Shown piece by piece: positions 9,323 to 18,402 of a stretch of DNA of 37,401 nucleotides (position 1 is the first letter of the stretch; each line of letters begins with the position of its first letter). The notes below the pieces were generated by a model that saw nothing but the letters and a program-made list of their open reading frames with translations, searched no databases and had not been told where the DNA came from. The translations under genes were made by a program, and so were the position numbers. Source of the DNA: Burkholderiales bacterium (lineage in GTDB: Bacteria > Pseudomonadota > Gammaproteobacteria > Burkholderiales > Casimicrobiaceae); assembly GCA_043777615.1 (NCBI GenBank), contig JAYWHV010000243.1:1-37401 (forward strand), in the 5' to 3' direction.

Positions 9323-10156
9323 TTACTTCTTCACCGCATTCGGAAAGAACAACTGCTCGCCGCCAATTTTGTAGCCGGCAATCGTCGCCTGCCCATCGGC
9401 ACTCACCAGCCAGTTGATGAACTTCTGCCCCGCTTCGGACTTTACGTGCGGATGCTTTTTCGGGTTGACGAGAATCACGCCGTATTGATTGAACAGTTTG
9501 GCATCGCCTTCGACGATGACCTTGAGGTTCTGACGATTTTTGAACGACAGCCAGGTGCCGCGATCCGCGAGGATGTAGGCGTTCATTGCCGCAGCCGTGT
9601 TGAGCGCTGGCCCCATGCCCGAGCCCGTATCGCGATACCACGCCTGCTTTTCCGTCGCCGGGTCGAGGCTGGCCATTTTCCAGTACCGCAATTCCGCGGC
9701 ATGCGTGCCACTCTTGTCGCCGCGAGAGACGAAGGGTGCTTTGCCCGTGTACACCGCTTTCAAACCAGCAACGATGTCTTTCCCCCCCGCTTTGGCAGGA
9801 TCATCACTGGGGCCGATGAGCACAAAGTCGTTGTACATCACAGCGATGCGCTCAACGCCCGCGCCTTCTGCGATGAATTTTTCTTCAGCGACCTGATCGT
9901 GGACAAACACGACGTCCGCGTCACCGCGACGGCCAACGTCGAGCGCCTGTCCTGTGCCCAATGCAACGACTTTGACGGTAATTGCCGTGGCTCTCTGTGC
10001 CTGCGGCAGCAGATACCCGAACAAGCCTGATTGCTCGGTTGAGGTGGTGGACGAGACGGTGATGGTCGTCTCCTGCGCGAAAGCCGGCGTCGATGTCAGC
10101 GCGCTCATGGAAATGGCCGATAGCGCAAGTGCGGTCAGGTGCGAAATTCGATTCAT
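9323..10156 (-). CDS. tupA: Tungstate ABC transporter substrate-binding protein
   Basis: Signal peptide ending PAFA-Q; STTSTEQSGL, GTGQAL, DVVFVH, SRGDKSGTH, DRGTW motifs typical of TupA; RBS AAGGAG upstream of ATG 10156. Confidence 0.9.
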   Translation of the reverse strand: MNRISHLTALALSAISMSALTSTPAFAQETTITVSSTTSTEQSGLFGYLLPQAQRATAITVKVVALGTGQALDVGRRGDADVVFVHDQVAEEKFIAEGAGVERIAVMYNDFVLIGPSDDPAKAGGKDIVAGLKAVYTGKAPFVSRGDKSGTHAAELRYWKMASLDPATEKQAWYRDTGSGMGPALNTAAAMNAYILADRGTWLSFKNRQNLKVIVEGDAKLFNQYGVILVNPKKHPHVKSEAGQKFINWLVSADGQATIAGYKIGGEQLFFPNAVKK

Positions 10157-10175
10157 AACGATTCTCCTTTGATAC

Positions 10176-10895
10176 TCATAACAATTCCCCTTCGAGGAAA
10201 GACCGCGCGGCGGCTGAGCAGGGCGACGAAAAAAATTCAGCGGCGACTCGGTCTTCAACGATCCTTCCGGCATCCAGAAAAACGATTCGGCGCGCAAGGC
10301 GCTTGGCTTGCGCAACGTTGTGTGTGGTGAGCACCAGCGCCGTGCCTTCCGATTGAACGGCCTGCAACAGGGCTTCGACATCGCGCATTGCCGCCGGCGC
10401 GAGATTGGCCGTCGGTTCATCCGCGAGCAACAGGCGTGGCTTGCAGGCCCATGCGCGGGCGAGCGCCAGGCGTTGCTGCTCGCCGCCGGAGAGCGACCGC
10501 GCTGGCTGGTTCGCGGTCGCGCTCAAGCTGCAGGCGGCGAGTGCACGCTGCGCTTGTTCGGTGCAGGCAGGCTCCGCGACGCCACGGATCGACAGCACGA
10601 AACGCACGTTGTCCAGCACCGTGCGCTGAAGCAACGCGGGTCGTTGAAAAATCAGCGACTGCTCATTTACGGGCACAGTCTGTACGCTGCCGAGATTCGG
10701 CGAAGTGATTGCATTGCAAAGCTTCAGGAGCGTGGATTTTCCAGCCCCGTTAGCACCCAGCACGACAACACTTTCGCCTTCGTAAATTGTGAGATCAATA
10801 TCCGTGAGCAGTGCTTTTTCGTCAATGATCACTGAGGCACGGCGTATTTTCACCAGCGCAATCGGTGGGTTGGTGGACGTCAGTGCATCAACCAT
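10176..10895 (-). CDS. tupC: Tungstate ABC transporter ATP-binding protein
   Basis: Walker A GANGAGKS, signature LSGGEQQR, Walker B LLLADEPTANL; lies between tupB and tupA. Confidence 0.85.
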   Translation of the reverse strand: MVDALTSTNPPIALVKIRRASVIIDEKALLTDIDLTIYEGESVVVLGANGAGKSTLLKLCNAITSPNLGSVQTVPVNEQSLIFQRPALLQRTVLDNVRFVLSIRGVAEPACTEQAQRALAACSLSATANQPARSLSGGEQQRLALARAWACKPRLLLADEPTANLAPAAMRDVEALLQAVQSEGTALVLTTHNVAQAKRLARRIVFLDAGRIVEDRVAAEFFSSPCSAAARSFLEGELL

Positions 10896-11592
10896 GACGC
10901 CGCTCCATCCCCGATTTCAATATCTGCGCAGCCCCGTTGACAATGAGCACCAGCGTGACAAGCAACAAGCCGAGCGCAAGCGCTAAAGGCAAATCACCCT
11001 TCGATGTCTCAAGCGCAATCGTGGTCGTCATAACACGCGTCGAACCCGCGATATTGCCGCCGACCATCATCACTGCGCCAACCTCCGCGATCGCGCGCCC
11101 AAATCCTGCAAGCAGCACAACAGCCAACGAAAAGCGCGCTTCGAACAATAGCGTGACGATGCGCTGCCACGCGCCCAATCCCAGCGACGTGAACCAGTCA
11201 CGAAGCGGCACATGCGCGTCCTCTATGGTCTGACGTGCGAGTGCGGCAATGATTGGCGTAATCAATATCGTTTGTGCCATCACCATGCCGGCAGGCGTGA
11301 ATAGCCAGCCCAATGGCCCCATCGGACCACTGCGTGAAAGCAGCAAATACACAATCAGGCCGACTACCACGGGCGGCAACCCCATGGATGCATTGAGCAG
11401 CACAACTATCGGTGTTCGCAAACGACATGAAGTGAGTGCAGCCCACGCACCCAGCGGGAGTCCGATCAACGCGGCGATCACAGTGGCAGTCGCACTCACA
11501 CGCAGCGACAACGCTGTGATTTCCACGAGCGTTGAATCGCCAGCGAGCAGCAGCGAGCCCGCTGCGGCAATTGAGTCTGCGAAAAGACTCAC
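10888..11592 (-). CDS. tupB: Tungstate ABC transporter permease
   Basis: MGLPPVVVGL, SRSGPMG, GFGRAIAEVGAVMMVGGNI, TRVMTTTIALETSKGD motifs. Confidence 0.9.
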   Translation of the reverse strand: MSLFADSIAAAGSLLLAGDSTLVEITALSLRVSATATVIAALIGLPLGAWAALTSCRLRTPIVVLLNASMGLPPVVVGLIVYLLLSRSGPMGPLGWLFTPAGMVMAQTILITPIIAALARQTIEDAHVPLRDWFTSLGLGAWQRIVTLLFEARFSLAVVLLAGFGRAIAEVGAVMMVGGNIAGSTRVMTTTIALETSKGDLPLALALGLLLVTLVLIVNGAAQILKSGMERRHG

Positions 11593-12974
11593 TTCGGATT
11601 CGATGTTGCGTCAGATGGCAACTGCATCGGCATCAGCAAAGCAGCAATTTGTGCGCTTTCAATTTCTGAAAGTCTTAACTCGCAGCGCTCACCAGCGCCA
11701 ACGGCGAAACCCAGGTTCTTGCCAACGCCGGCGCAGCCGAGCCACCGATCGGACAGCACAGACTCCGCTGCGGTTTGATCCCGTACGCGCACAACGTCAA
11801 TCCACGCGCGCTGATCGAGAAACACTTCGAGATGCCCACTCACCGTTGCGGTGAACTCTACGACACCACCGAAGCTTGATTTCTTGCTGTCAACAGTAGA
11901 TCGTGAGCGACGGCCAAACGTCAGGGTCTCAGCGGACTGCAGCGTCATTGCCAGCCGTTTCGCGACGGCGACGACGGGAATCACCGCCGCTTCGTTGTCA
12001 GGCGTGCGCCCTGCCGCACCAGACACCGCTACCGGCGCGCTCGTCCAAGCGGAATGCGCCCCCTTGAGCCGCGTATCAACATTAGTACAAACCGCTGCAG
12101 GTGCTGAGAAGCCACACTCCGCCATCACCTTTTGCGCTCGCTGCGCTAGCACGAACCGTACAAATTCGCGTGCTGCGTCGGGTGCAACCGGCGTGAGTCC
12201 AAGGGCATAGGAAGTCGCTACGTCAAACTCAGCGGGAACGCTAATACTGGTGATTTTGGCGTCTGCCTTTTGCGCGATACGAGCGTTAGTGCAGTACGTC
12301 ACAAAGACATCGGCGCGTTTCTCAAGCAGGGCGCGGGCGTAGGGCGCTGTTGTGTCGAGAAGGTTTACTTCTGCGCCCGTCAGCTTTTTAGCCTTTGCGT
12401 CTAGCGTAGCGAACGCACCGGGTCGCGCGGCGTCAATCTTCTTAAACATTTGCCAGGTGTAGTCACCGGCGGGATCGGCGCCCGGTGTCGACGTGCCGAG
12501 AACTGTGGTTGGGGCGAGCAAGGTGTCGATCAGCGTCGATTCTGAAATCGGAAAGTCCGGACGCGCGATGATGCAAAGCGAATTGCTAGCAAACACGTTG
12601 GACGAGCGCAATTTGCCGGCGGCAACCAGCCTTTCGGTGTGAGTGGGCGAAGCAGAGGCGAAGATGTGTACGGCCTCGCCAGCCTCGATCTTTTCGCGCA
12701 GCTTGCCGGAAGGTCCGAACACGAACTGAAAAGTGGGAACGGGTTGAGTGGGCGCTGCACCGCGACGTTCTGCCACGTATGTTCGCTCAAGCGCTCCCAC
12801 CGCGTCACGCAGGCTGCCGGCTGCGTAGATTTTGATAACGGGTGGTTCTGCTGCGTTCACTATCGAAACCTGTGCGAAAACCGCACACAGCACGAACTGC
12901 ATGAACCAAAGGCGCATTGACTGGCGGGCGCACCACAAGCCAAATCCAGAGCCGCCGACATTCATTTCCGTCAC
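11589..12974 (-). CDS. modA: Molybdate-binding protein (ModA-like) with an extra ~170-aa C-terminal domain
   Basis: YAAGSL, FGPSGKL, IFASA, TSTPGADPAGDY motifs; the ModA fold ends near GFSAP (~12099) and the frame continues 169 codons. Exact start uncertain. Confidence 0.75.
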   Translation of the reverse strand: MTEMNVGGSGFGLWCARQSMRLWFMQFVLCAVFAQVSIVNAAEPPVIKIYAAGSLRDAVGALERTYVAERRGAAPTQPVPTFQFVFGPSGKLREKIEAGEAVHIFASASPTHTERLVAAGKLRSSNVFASNSLCIIARPDFPISESTLIDTLLAPTTVLGTSTPGADPAGDYTWQMFKKIDAARPGAFATLDAKAKKLTGAEVNLLDTTAPYARALLEKRADVFVTYCTNARIAQKADAKITSISVPAEFDVATSYALGLTPVAPDAAREFVRFVLAQRAQKVMAECGFSAPAAVCTNVDTRLKGAHSAWTSAPVAVSGAAGRTPDNEAAVIPVVAVAKRLAMTLQSAETLTFGRRSRSTVDSKKSSFGGVVEFTATVSGHLEVFLDQRAWIDVVRVRDQTAAESVLSDRWLGCAGVGKNLGFAVGAGERCELRLSEIESAQIAALLMPMQLPSDATSNPK

Positions 12975-13029
12975 TTCTTCACCCGTAAAACCAACCAGTA
13001 TTTTGCGTTTTCATGCGACGTTGATTTAA

Positions 13030-13047
13030 TATGTAATTGGCTACATA
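13030..13047. promoter_or_regulatory. ModE-type operator TATGTA-N6-TACATA
   Basis: Perfect 6-bp inverted repeat in the AT-rich gap between the modA-tup operon and the divergent ModE-HTH regulator; resembles the ModE box (TATAT-N7/8-ATATA type). Confidence 0.75.
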
Positions 13048-13075
13048 ACTTGCAAGCATTTACCTCAGTACCGCA

Positions 13076-14140
13076 ATGACCAGACCGCCAGCGTTACACA
13101 TCAGTTTCTCCACAGTGGCCGAAGCCGTAATCGGTGCAGAACGTGTGAACTTGAGCGATCTGGCCCGAAGCCTGCGTACCGTCGCCGACACGCAATCGAT
13201 CACCCAGGCTGCGCGGGCGTTAGGTGTGACTTACCGGACGCTTTGGGGGCGACTGCTGGACTTTGATGCGGCGCTGGGCTGCAAGCTGGTCGGCAAATCA
13301 CGGGGGCGGGGCACGAGTCTGACGAGCAAGGGTCGCGCGATTCTTGCCGTATTAGAGAAACATGGCGAACTTTTTGCTCAGCCCGCTCGGGATCGCGTGA
13401 AAATTTTTGCTGCCGATCTCATGCAATCGTTACGCGATGAGGCGCAGCTGCGACTGATGGCGAGTCATGACTTTGCGATTGCGCAGGTGTTTGCCCGCCC
13501 GACACCCGGCACAACGGATGCAAAAGCGCTGGGACTTGCGGATGCGATTCAGACAAGCAGCGGTGGTAGTGTGGACTGCATTCGCACGCTATTGCGAGGT
13601 GATGCTGATCTGGCGGGTTATCACCACGTGACACTGGCAACAAACATCGGTGCTGCACAGTCGGAATCATCTTTGTGGGCCGGCGTCGAACAGAGCTCAG
13701 ACTTCTGGAGTGTGCCCCTGATGCAGCGTGAGCAAGGGCTCATCATCTCGCCACGACTGAAAGGAAAAGTATCGTCGCTGGCTGATCTCACGCACAGCAA
13801 TGTGCGATTCATTAACCGTCAGCGCGGATCGGGCACACGGTTGCTCTTGGACTCGCTGCTTGCCGACGCGAGCGTCGCCTCCGCCAGAATTTCCGGCTAT
13901 GAGCACGAGGAATTTACCCATCAAGCGGTCGCAGCGAGCATCGCTGCGGGTGCCGCCGATGTCGGCTTGGGGCTGCGCGCTGCCGCAGCCCAGTTCAAGC
14001 TGCAATTTGTACCTCTCGCGGTTGAGATTTATCGGTTGGCGGGCCGCATCGAAACACAAAATCATCCACATGTGCGCGCGCTTATCGCGGCAGTGCGCAC
14101 AAACGCGGCAAGGCTGCCCGGATACAAAACGCTGAGCTAG
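13076..14140 (+). CDS. ModE-type winged-HTH regulator fused to a PBP-like sensing domain (FdsR/COG1910-like)
   Basis: N-terminal SITQAARALGVTYRTLWG...GRGTSLT; C-terminal ASHD, REQGLII, FINRQRGSGTR, GYEHEEFTHQAVA. Confidence 0.85.
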   Translation: MTRPPALHISFSTVAEAVIGAERVNLSDLARSLRTVADTQSITQAARALGVTYRTLWGRLLDFDAALGCKLVGKSRGRGTSLTSKGRAILAVLEKHGELFAQPARDRVKIFAADLMQSLRDEAQLRLMASHDFAIAQVFARPTPGTTDAKALGLADAIQTSSGGSVDCIRTLLRGDADLAGYHHVTLATNIGAAQSESSLWAGVEQSSDFWSVPLMQREQGLIISPRLKGKVSSLADLTHSNVRFINRQRGSGTRLLLDSLLADASVASARISGYEHEEFTHQAVAASIAAGAADVGLGLRAAAAQFKLQFVPLAVEIYRLAGRIETQNHPHVRALIAAVRTNAARLPGYKTLS

Positions 14141-14961
14141 GTCTTTGCAGGTTTTGCCTTACTGGATTTAGTGCTGAGCTTGCCACCAAACCCCTCAGCG
14201 ACCAGCGCCGCGCCGTAAAGCACCAGCGCCCAGATGACAAACACGGTCACCATGAGCACAGGGAACGCGATGAAGGCTCCGTAGAGTGATTTCAGTTGCT
14301 GTAGCTGCGCGAAATAATGCGTGATGAGGTAGCGCGCAACCACAATAAGCACGGTCACCAAAAGCGCGGAAGCGAGCGGCGACTTCCACGCATTTAGCCG
14401 AGCCGGAACCCATCGGTAAATCAGGGTCAGCGCAGCAATCAGGGGAACACCGATTTCAAACGGGTCGAAAGCCGATTGAATTGGTTGGCTCAGTGTCGGC
14501 ATTAATGCAGACAGGAATTTTTCGAGAAATCGAATCACCCAAAACAACGCAGCAACCACCGGCGGAACCACTAGCAGCACGACCAACGCGCCGCGAACAA
14601 ATCCCCAGAGATTACGTCGGTTCGAACCCCAAATCCGGTCTACTGCAGCGTTCAGGGCAAGTGCTTTCAGCAACAAGTCGCCTGCAATGATGGCGATACC
14701 CGTCATGCCCAAACCTTTGGCATTCGCACGCAACTTGTCCACCACCGCAACTACCTGTTTCGCCGTTTCCGGAAACAAGTTGGTGAACAGGAAATCGCGA
14801 AACGCACCGTCGGCGGCTTTGATGATCGAACTTTGCTGCGATAGCCAAAACAACACGCCGAGCACTGGTAACAGTGCAAGCAACGACAGAAAAGCCAGAT
14901 AGCCAGAATAGATCATGCCGTCGGCTTTGAGGAACCGCCGGAGAGCGCGCCAGAGGGTCAT
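14137..14961 (-). CDS. YihY/BrkB family membrane protein
   Basis: LAFLSLLALLP, LTLIYRWVP, SLYGAF, WALVLYGA motifs; stop codon overlaps that of the convergent regulator. Confidence 0.85.
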   Translation of the reverse strand: MTLWRALRRFLKADGMIYSGYLAFLSLLALLPVLGVLFWLSQQSSIIKAADGAFRDFLFTNLFPETAKQVVAVVDKLRANAKGLGMTGIAIIAGDLLLKALALNAAVDRIWGSNRRNLWGFVRGALVVLLVVPPVVAALFWVIRFLEKFLSALMPTLSQPIQSAFDPFEIGVPLIAALTLIYRWVPARLNAWKSPLASALLVTVLIVVARYLITHYFAQLQQLKSLYGAFIAFPVLMVTVFVIWALVLYGAALVAEGFGGKLSTKSSKAKPAKT

Positions 14962-15013
14962 ACTGCGGAAGTATTCAATTGGAATGGCGCGGGAACGCTC
15001 CGCGCCACCAGCG

Positions 15014-15050
15014 CCCTCACCCTAGCCCTCTCCCTCAAGGGCAGAGAGGA
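15014..15050. repeat. REP-like hairpin (CCCTCACCC-tail family), copy 1
   Basis: CCCTCACCCTAGCCCTCTCCCTCAAGGGCAGAGAGGA; reverse-complement relative of 29784-29819 and 35574-35611. Confidence 0.75.
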
Positions 15051-15076
15051 CCTTGAGCACATTAACGAAGGAACCA

Positions 15077-15179
15077 ATGCGCGTCGCGAGCGGGCGGCAG
15101 GCGAGGCGCGCACGAACGACGCGTACACACGTACGCGAGGTCGTGTGCAACGAAGCATCCCGCCCGCGCAGCAGCGCAT
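15077..15179. repeat. ~103-bp interrupted palindrome (REP/MITE-like) abutting the SDR stop codon
   Basis: Nested stems ATGCGC/GCGCAT, GCGGGCGG/CCGCCCGC, GCACG/CGTGT and apical CGCGTAC-acac-GTACGCG. Confidence 0.65.
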
Positions 15180-15931
15180 CAAACGTGCTGGCCGCCGTTG
15201 ACGTGTATCTCCGCTCCGTTGATATACGAGCTCTGCGAAGTACACAAAAAGTAGATCAGTGTCGCAACCTCGGACGGCTTGCCCAAACGCCTGAGCGGAA
15301 TCTCACGCTGCACGATTTCGTCCGTCCCTGCCGACAAAATCGAGGTATCAATCTCACCCGGAGCAATCGCGTTGCAGCGCACGCCATGACGCCCAAAATC
15401 ATTCGCCATTTCGCGCGTCAGGGACGCCAACGCCGCCTTCGATGCTGCATAGGCCACACCCGCAAAAGGATGCACCTTGCCGCCAGCAATCGAGGTGACG
15501 TTCACCACGCTGCCCTGCGCCGTTTTCAGCTCATCAAACAGGCCACGTGCCAAAAGCGCAGTCGCGAACAGATTCACATTCATGACGTTTTGCCAGACAC
15601 TGATATCTGCGTCGAGAACACCCATTCGACTGCCATCGGGCATCTTGGGCGAAATGCCGGCATTGTTAACCAGCGCAGAGAGTTTTCCGCCCGTCTCGGG
15701 CTCGGCCAGTTTGGCCTTGATGCGTGCGATCGCTGCCGGGAATTGGTCCAGATCGTTGAGATCCATCTGGACATGATCCTTTTCGCCTTGCGGCCAGGGG
15801 CAAATCTTGTCGAATGGCTGCCGTGAGACTGTGATCACCCGCCATTCCGCTGAATGAAAATGCTTGACCGTCGCATGGCCAATCCCGCGTGATGCGCCGG
15901 TGAGTAGCAGGGTTTTTTTGGTGTCAGGCAT
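15179..15931 (-). CDS. Short-chain dehydrogenase/reductase
   Basis: TGASRGIG, VNNAG, YAASK, NAIAPG, NGG motifs; start MPDTKK chosen because the longer ORF overlaps the TBDR gene. Confidence 0.9.
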   Translation of the reverse strand: MPDTKKTLLLTGASRGIGHATVKHFHSAEWRVITVSRQPFDKICPWPQGEKDHVQMDLNDLDQFPAAIARIKAKLAEPETGGKLSALVNNAGISPKMPDGSRMGVLDADISVWQNVMNVNLFATALLARGLFDELKTAQGSVVNVTSIAGGKVHPFAGVAYAASKAALASLTREMANDFGRHGVRCNAIAPGEIDTSILSAGTDEIVQREIPLRRLGKPSEVATLIYFLCTSQSSYINGAEIHVNGGQHV

Positions 15932-15980
15932 AGCCTCATTGTAGGCGCGCATCGCTATGTGCGCGCCGCCTTGCCCGCTG

Positions 15981-18275
15981 CTACAGCCGCATTTCCAGCC
16001 GAAGCGCCACCGCCATATCGGTTCGCCCGGTGGCAATGACGGTTTGGCGCTGGCCGTCGGCGAGGGTGACACCAGTGGTCAGCGCGTCAATGGGCGAGAT
16101 ATTCGATAGCGACAGACGCAGCTTGGCGAGCGAATTAACCGTCCACAGCGCATAGGCGTCATAAACACGCTTGGTCGATATTTTTTGCAGCTGCGTATCA
16201 CTCTGCTGCGTGGTGTAGGCGGGCGTCCAGGCGACATTGCCCCCCACCGAGACTGGCAGATTTCGCAACTTGTAGTCAGCGCCCAGATTGCCGGAAGCGC
16301 GTGGCTGCTGGTCGATACGGTTATAAGGCCCCATGATCGCAGCTACCTTTGAATCGTAAAGACTCAGATTGAACCGCAAATTCAGTGGAATCGCGTCGTC
16401 AATGAGCTCCTTCAGCTGGAATTTCGCATCGAATTCGATGCCTCGGGTGATTGCTTTGCCAATATTTTGCGGACGACTGACATAGCGATCAGCGGGTGCC
16501 CAGGAAACGTTTTCAAGAGCGGTGACGTTGCGGATCAAATCCTTGATGTCCCGCACAAACAGATTCGCAGACACCACGCCGCCGGATTTCAGGTAGCGTT
16601 CGAAAGCGAGATCAATGCCATTGGCGCGCTCGGGCTTGAGGCCTGGGTTACCGGCACGGTCGGGTGAAGTTGCCGTGTTCGCGCCGGGCACGGGATAGAG
16701 CGTGTTTAACGACGGCCGGGCGCTCAGCTGCCCGACGTTCGGAGCGCGGTAGCTCTGCGTCAAACTGAGGCGCAGCTGATCACGCGAAGGCGCAGCGAAG
16801 CGCCACACCAGATGTGCCAGTGGCGTCAGCACTTTGCTTGTGTTGGTAAAGGTATCCTGCGCGTTACTGCTCGACGTCCTGATCGTTTCGTAGCGCAGGC
16901 CCGCGTTGGCGGCCCACTGCGGATTGATATCCCATTCGTCCTGGATATAGACGGCGAATCGACGCGTCGTGACATCAAACTCTGAACCTAGATCAGCGAG
17001 CTGCTGAACGCCGTTGAGTAGAGTCACCGAAGTCTCGTTGCGCGCCAGATTTTCAACATCCCAGCCCGCGGTGACAGAGTGCGAACTGGAAGCGAAATTA
17101 CGAACGACCTTGCCGTTCATGCTCCACGACAGATCGCGCACATCGCCGCGGCTCGTTTGCAGCAGGCTGCGTACGCCGCCGTTGCCGAATTGCTCGGAAA
17201 CCGAATCCGTGTTGGACCAGAACTTGCCGACACCACCGCGAATTTCGTAACGCGTATCGGCATCGAAGCGCTTGTTCAGATTTAGATTGATACGTGCAAC
17301 ATCAAAACGACCGACGAACGAGCCAGCACGCGTCGCGTAGGGCGATGGGGTCAATCCAACGGGTTGATCGAGCGTGCCGTTGGAGTGATTTTCCGCAGTG
17401 TTATGAGCCAGAAAAGTTTGCACACCAAACTGCTCGCCGTTACCCAAACGCCACTGCATGCGACCGTTCAGAAAAATGTTTTCACGCTCGGCATTGCTTC
17501 GGCCAAAGCTGAATTGCTCCAGCGTCTTCGCGCCAGTGAGCAAATCTTCATAAATCGTATGCGACGCATCTTCGGTGAGCTGATGCGTGAATGTGGTCGA
17601 CGCCGAAACGTTAAAGGTACCCGCTTCACCCATCGTTCCGTTGTGCGTCCAGGACGCGTTCGGCGAATACTTTCGGCGCTCTTCCTGAACCCCCAGTTTC
17701 ACGTCGTTATTGGTTTGTCGCAGCGGTTCGCGCAGGATGATGTTGATGGTTCCGGCAATCGCCCGCGCACCGGTTTCCGCCGTTGGCGCACGAAGAATTT
17801 CGATGCGCTCCACCTGATCCGGCGTGATTTGTTCAACCGAAAAGCCCGGCGGAATGCGTTGCCCGTCAAGCAGAATCTGTGTGAAGCCGCCGCCCATACC
17901 GCGCATCATGGGCGCGCCGGGGCGCCCTGGACGCCCGCCAGTGGTCACTCCCGGCAGGCGACGCATCGCCTCCCCTAGATTGCTGTCGCCGTACTGCTCC
18001 AGATCCTCGCGTGTGATGATGATTTTTGCGGCGCTGGCATTGCGACGCTCATCGGTGGCGCTGTTTTTTCCAGTGATCTCGACGGCCTCGACGCGTTGCG
18101 CGCGAGTGCCGGGTTGAGCGGCGGGCGCTGGCGCGGGAGTCTCCGCCGGGGCGTCAGCTGGTGCAGATGCAGGCGACGGGGGAGGCGAAGGTGGCGTTTG
18201 AGCGACAGCGCTGATCGCTGGAAGGAAGACGCAGGCGATGGCGAGCGGCACTGCTCGTCGGGCAAAAGAAGGCAT
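15981..18275 (-). CDS. TonB-dependent outer membrane receptor
   Basis: Signal peptide, Pro/Ala linker, TonB-box-like VEITG, plug (RRLPGV, QILLDG, VERIEI), barrel motifs YIQDEW, GLRYE, GNPGLKPE; start 18275 or 18311. Confidence 0.9.
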   Translation of the reverse strand: MPSFARRAVPLAIACVFLPAISAVAQTPPSPPPSPASAPADAPAETPAPAPAAQPGTRAQRVEAVEITGKNSATDERRNASAAKIIITREDLEQYGDSNLGEAMRRLPGVTTGGRPGRPGAPMMRGMGGGFTQILLDGQRIPPGFSVEQITPDQVERIEILRAPTAETGARAIAGTINIILREPLRQTNNDVKLGVQEERRKYSPNASWTHNGTMGEAGTFNVSASTTFTHQLTEDASHTIYEDLLTGAKTLEQFSFGRSNAERENIFLNGRMQWRLGNGEQFGVQTFLAHNTAENHSNGTLDQPVGLTPSPYATRAGSFVGRFDVARINLNLNKRFDADTRYEIRGGVGKFWSNTDSVSEQFGNGGVRSLLQTSRGDVRDLSWSMNGKVVRNFASSSHSVTAGWDVENLARNETSVTLLNGVQQLADLGSEFDVTTRRFAVYIQDEWDINPQWAANAGLRYETIRTSSSNAQDTFTNTSKVLTPLAHLVWRFAAPSRDQLRLSLTQSYRAPNVGQLSARPSLNTLYPVPGANTATSPDRAGNPGLKPERANGIDLAFERYLKSGGVVSANLFVRDIKDLIRNVTALENVSWAPADRYVSRPQNIGKAITRGIEFDAKFQLKELIDDAIPLNLRFNLSLYDSKVAAIMGPYNRIDQQPRASGNLGADYKLRNLPVSVGGNVAWTPAYTTQQSDTQLQKISTKRVYDAYALWTVNSLAKLRLSLSNISPIDALTTGVTLADGQRQTVIATGRTDMAVALRLEMRL

Positions 18276-18402
18276 GAAGAACTTTGGTGGACAGACGATG
18301 CAGACATTCATGTCAGCGACACAAGAACTTTCGATTCTAGGGGCCGCATGGCATACCCGGTCAGCACGTTTAGCGATTTCGAAAGCACTCGATGATCGAG
18401 CG

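Noticed and set aside
10157-10420. ORF-track N-terminal extensions of tupA, and likewise of PAP2, SDR and SnoaL
   Set aside because: They overlap upstream genes in another frame; internal starts with RBS or family-typical N-termini fit better.
12431-12548. GTCGAC at 12487, near the midpoint between copies A and B, as a possible fourth 118-bp element
   Set aside because: No CTTTT or GGG-x-T at the required offsets; it lies in modA coding sequence. Other GTCGAC sites checked (99, 2445, 3649, 4794, 17596, 21538, 23455, 24549, 26726) also fail.
14958-15245. 95-aa minus-strand ORF upstream of yihY containing LPLRERARVRA
   Set aside because: It is a translation of the two palindromic repeats and overlaps the SDR gene; there is no independent evidence of coding.
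18110-18200. Pro/Ala-rich low-complexity stretch in the TonB receptor
   Set aside because: Ordinary flexible linker after the signal peptide; not a nucleotide tandem repeat.
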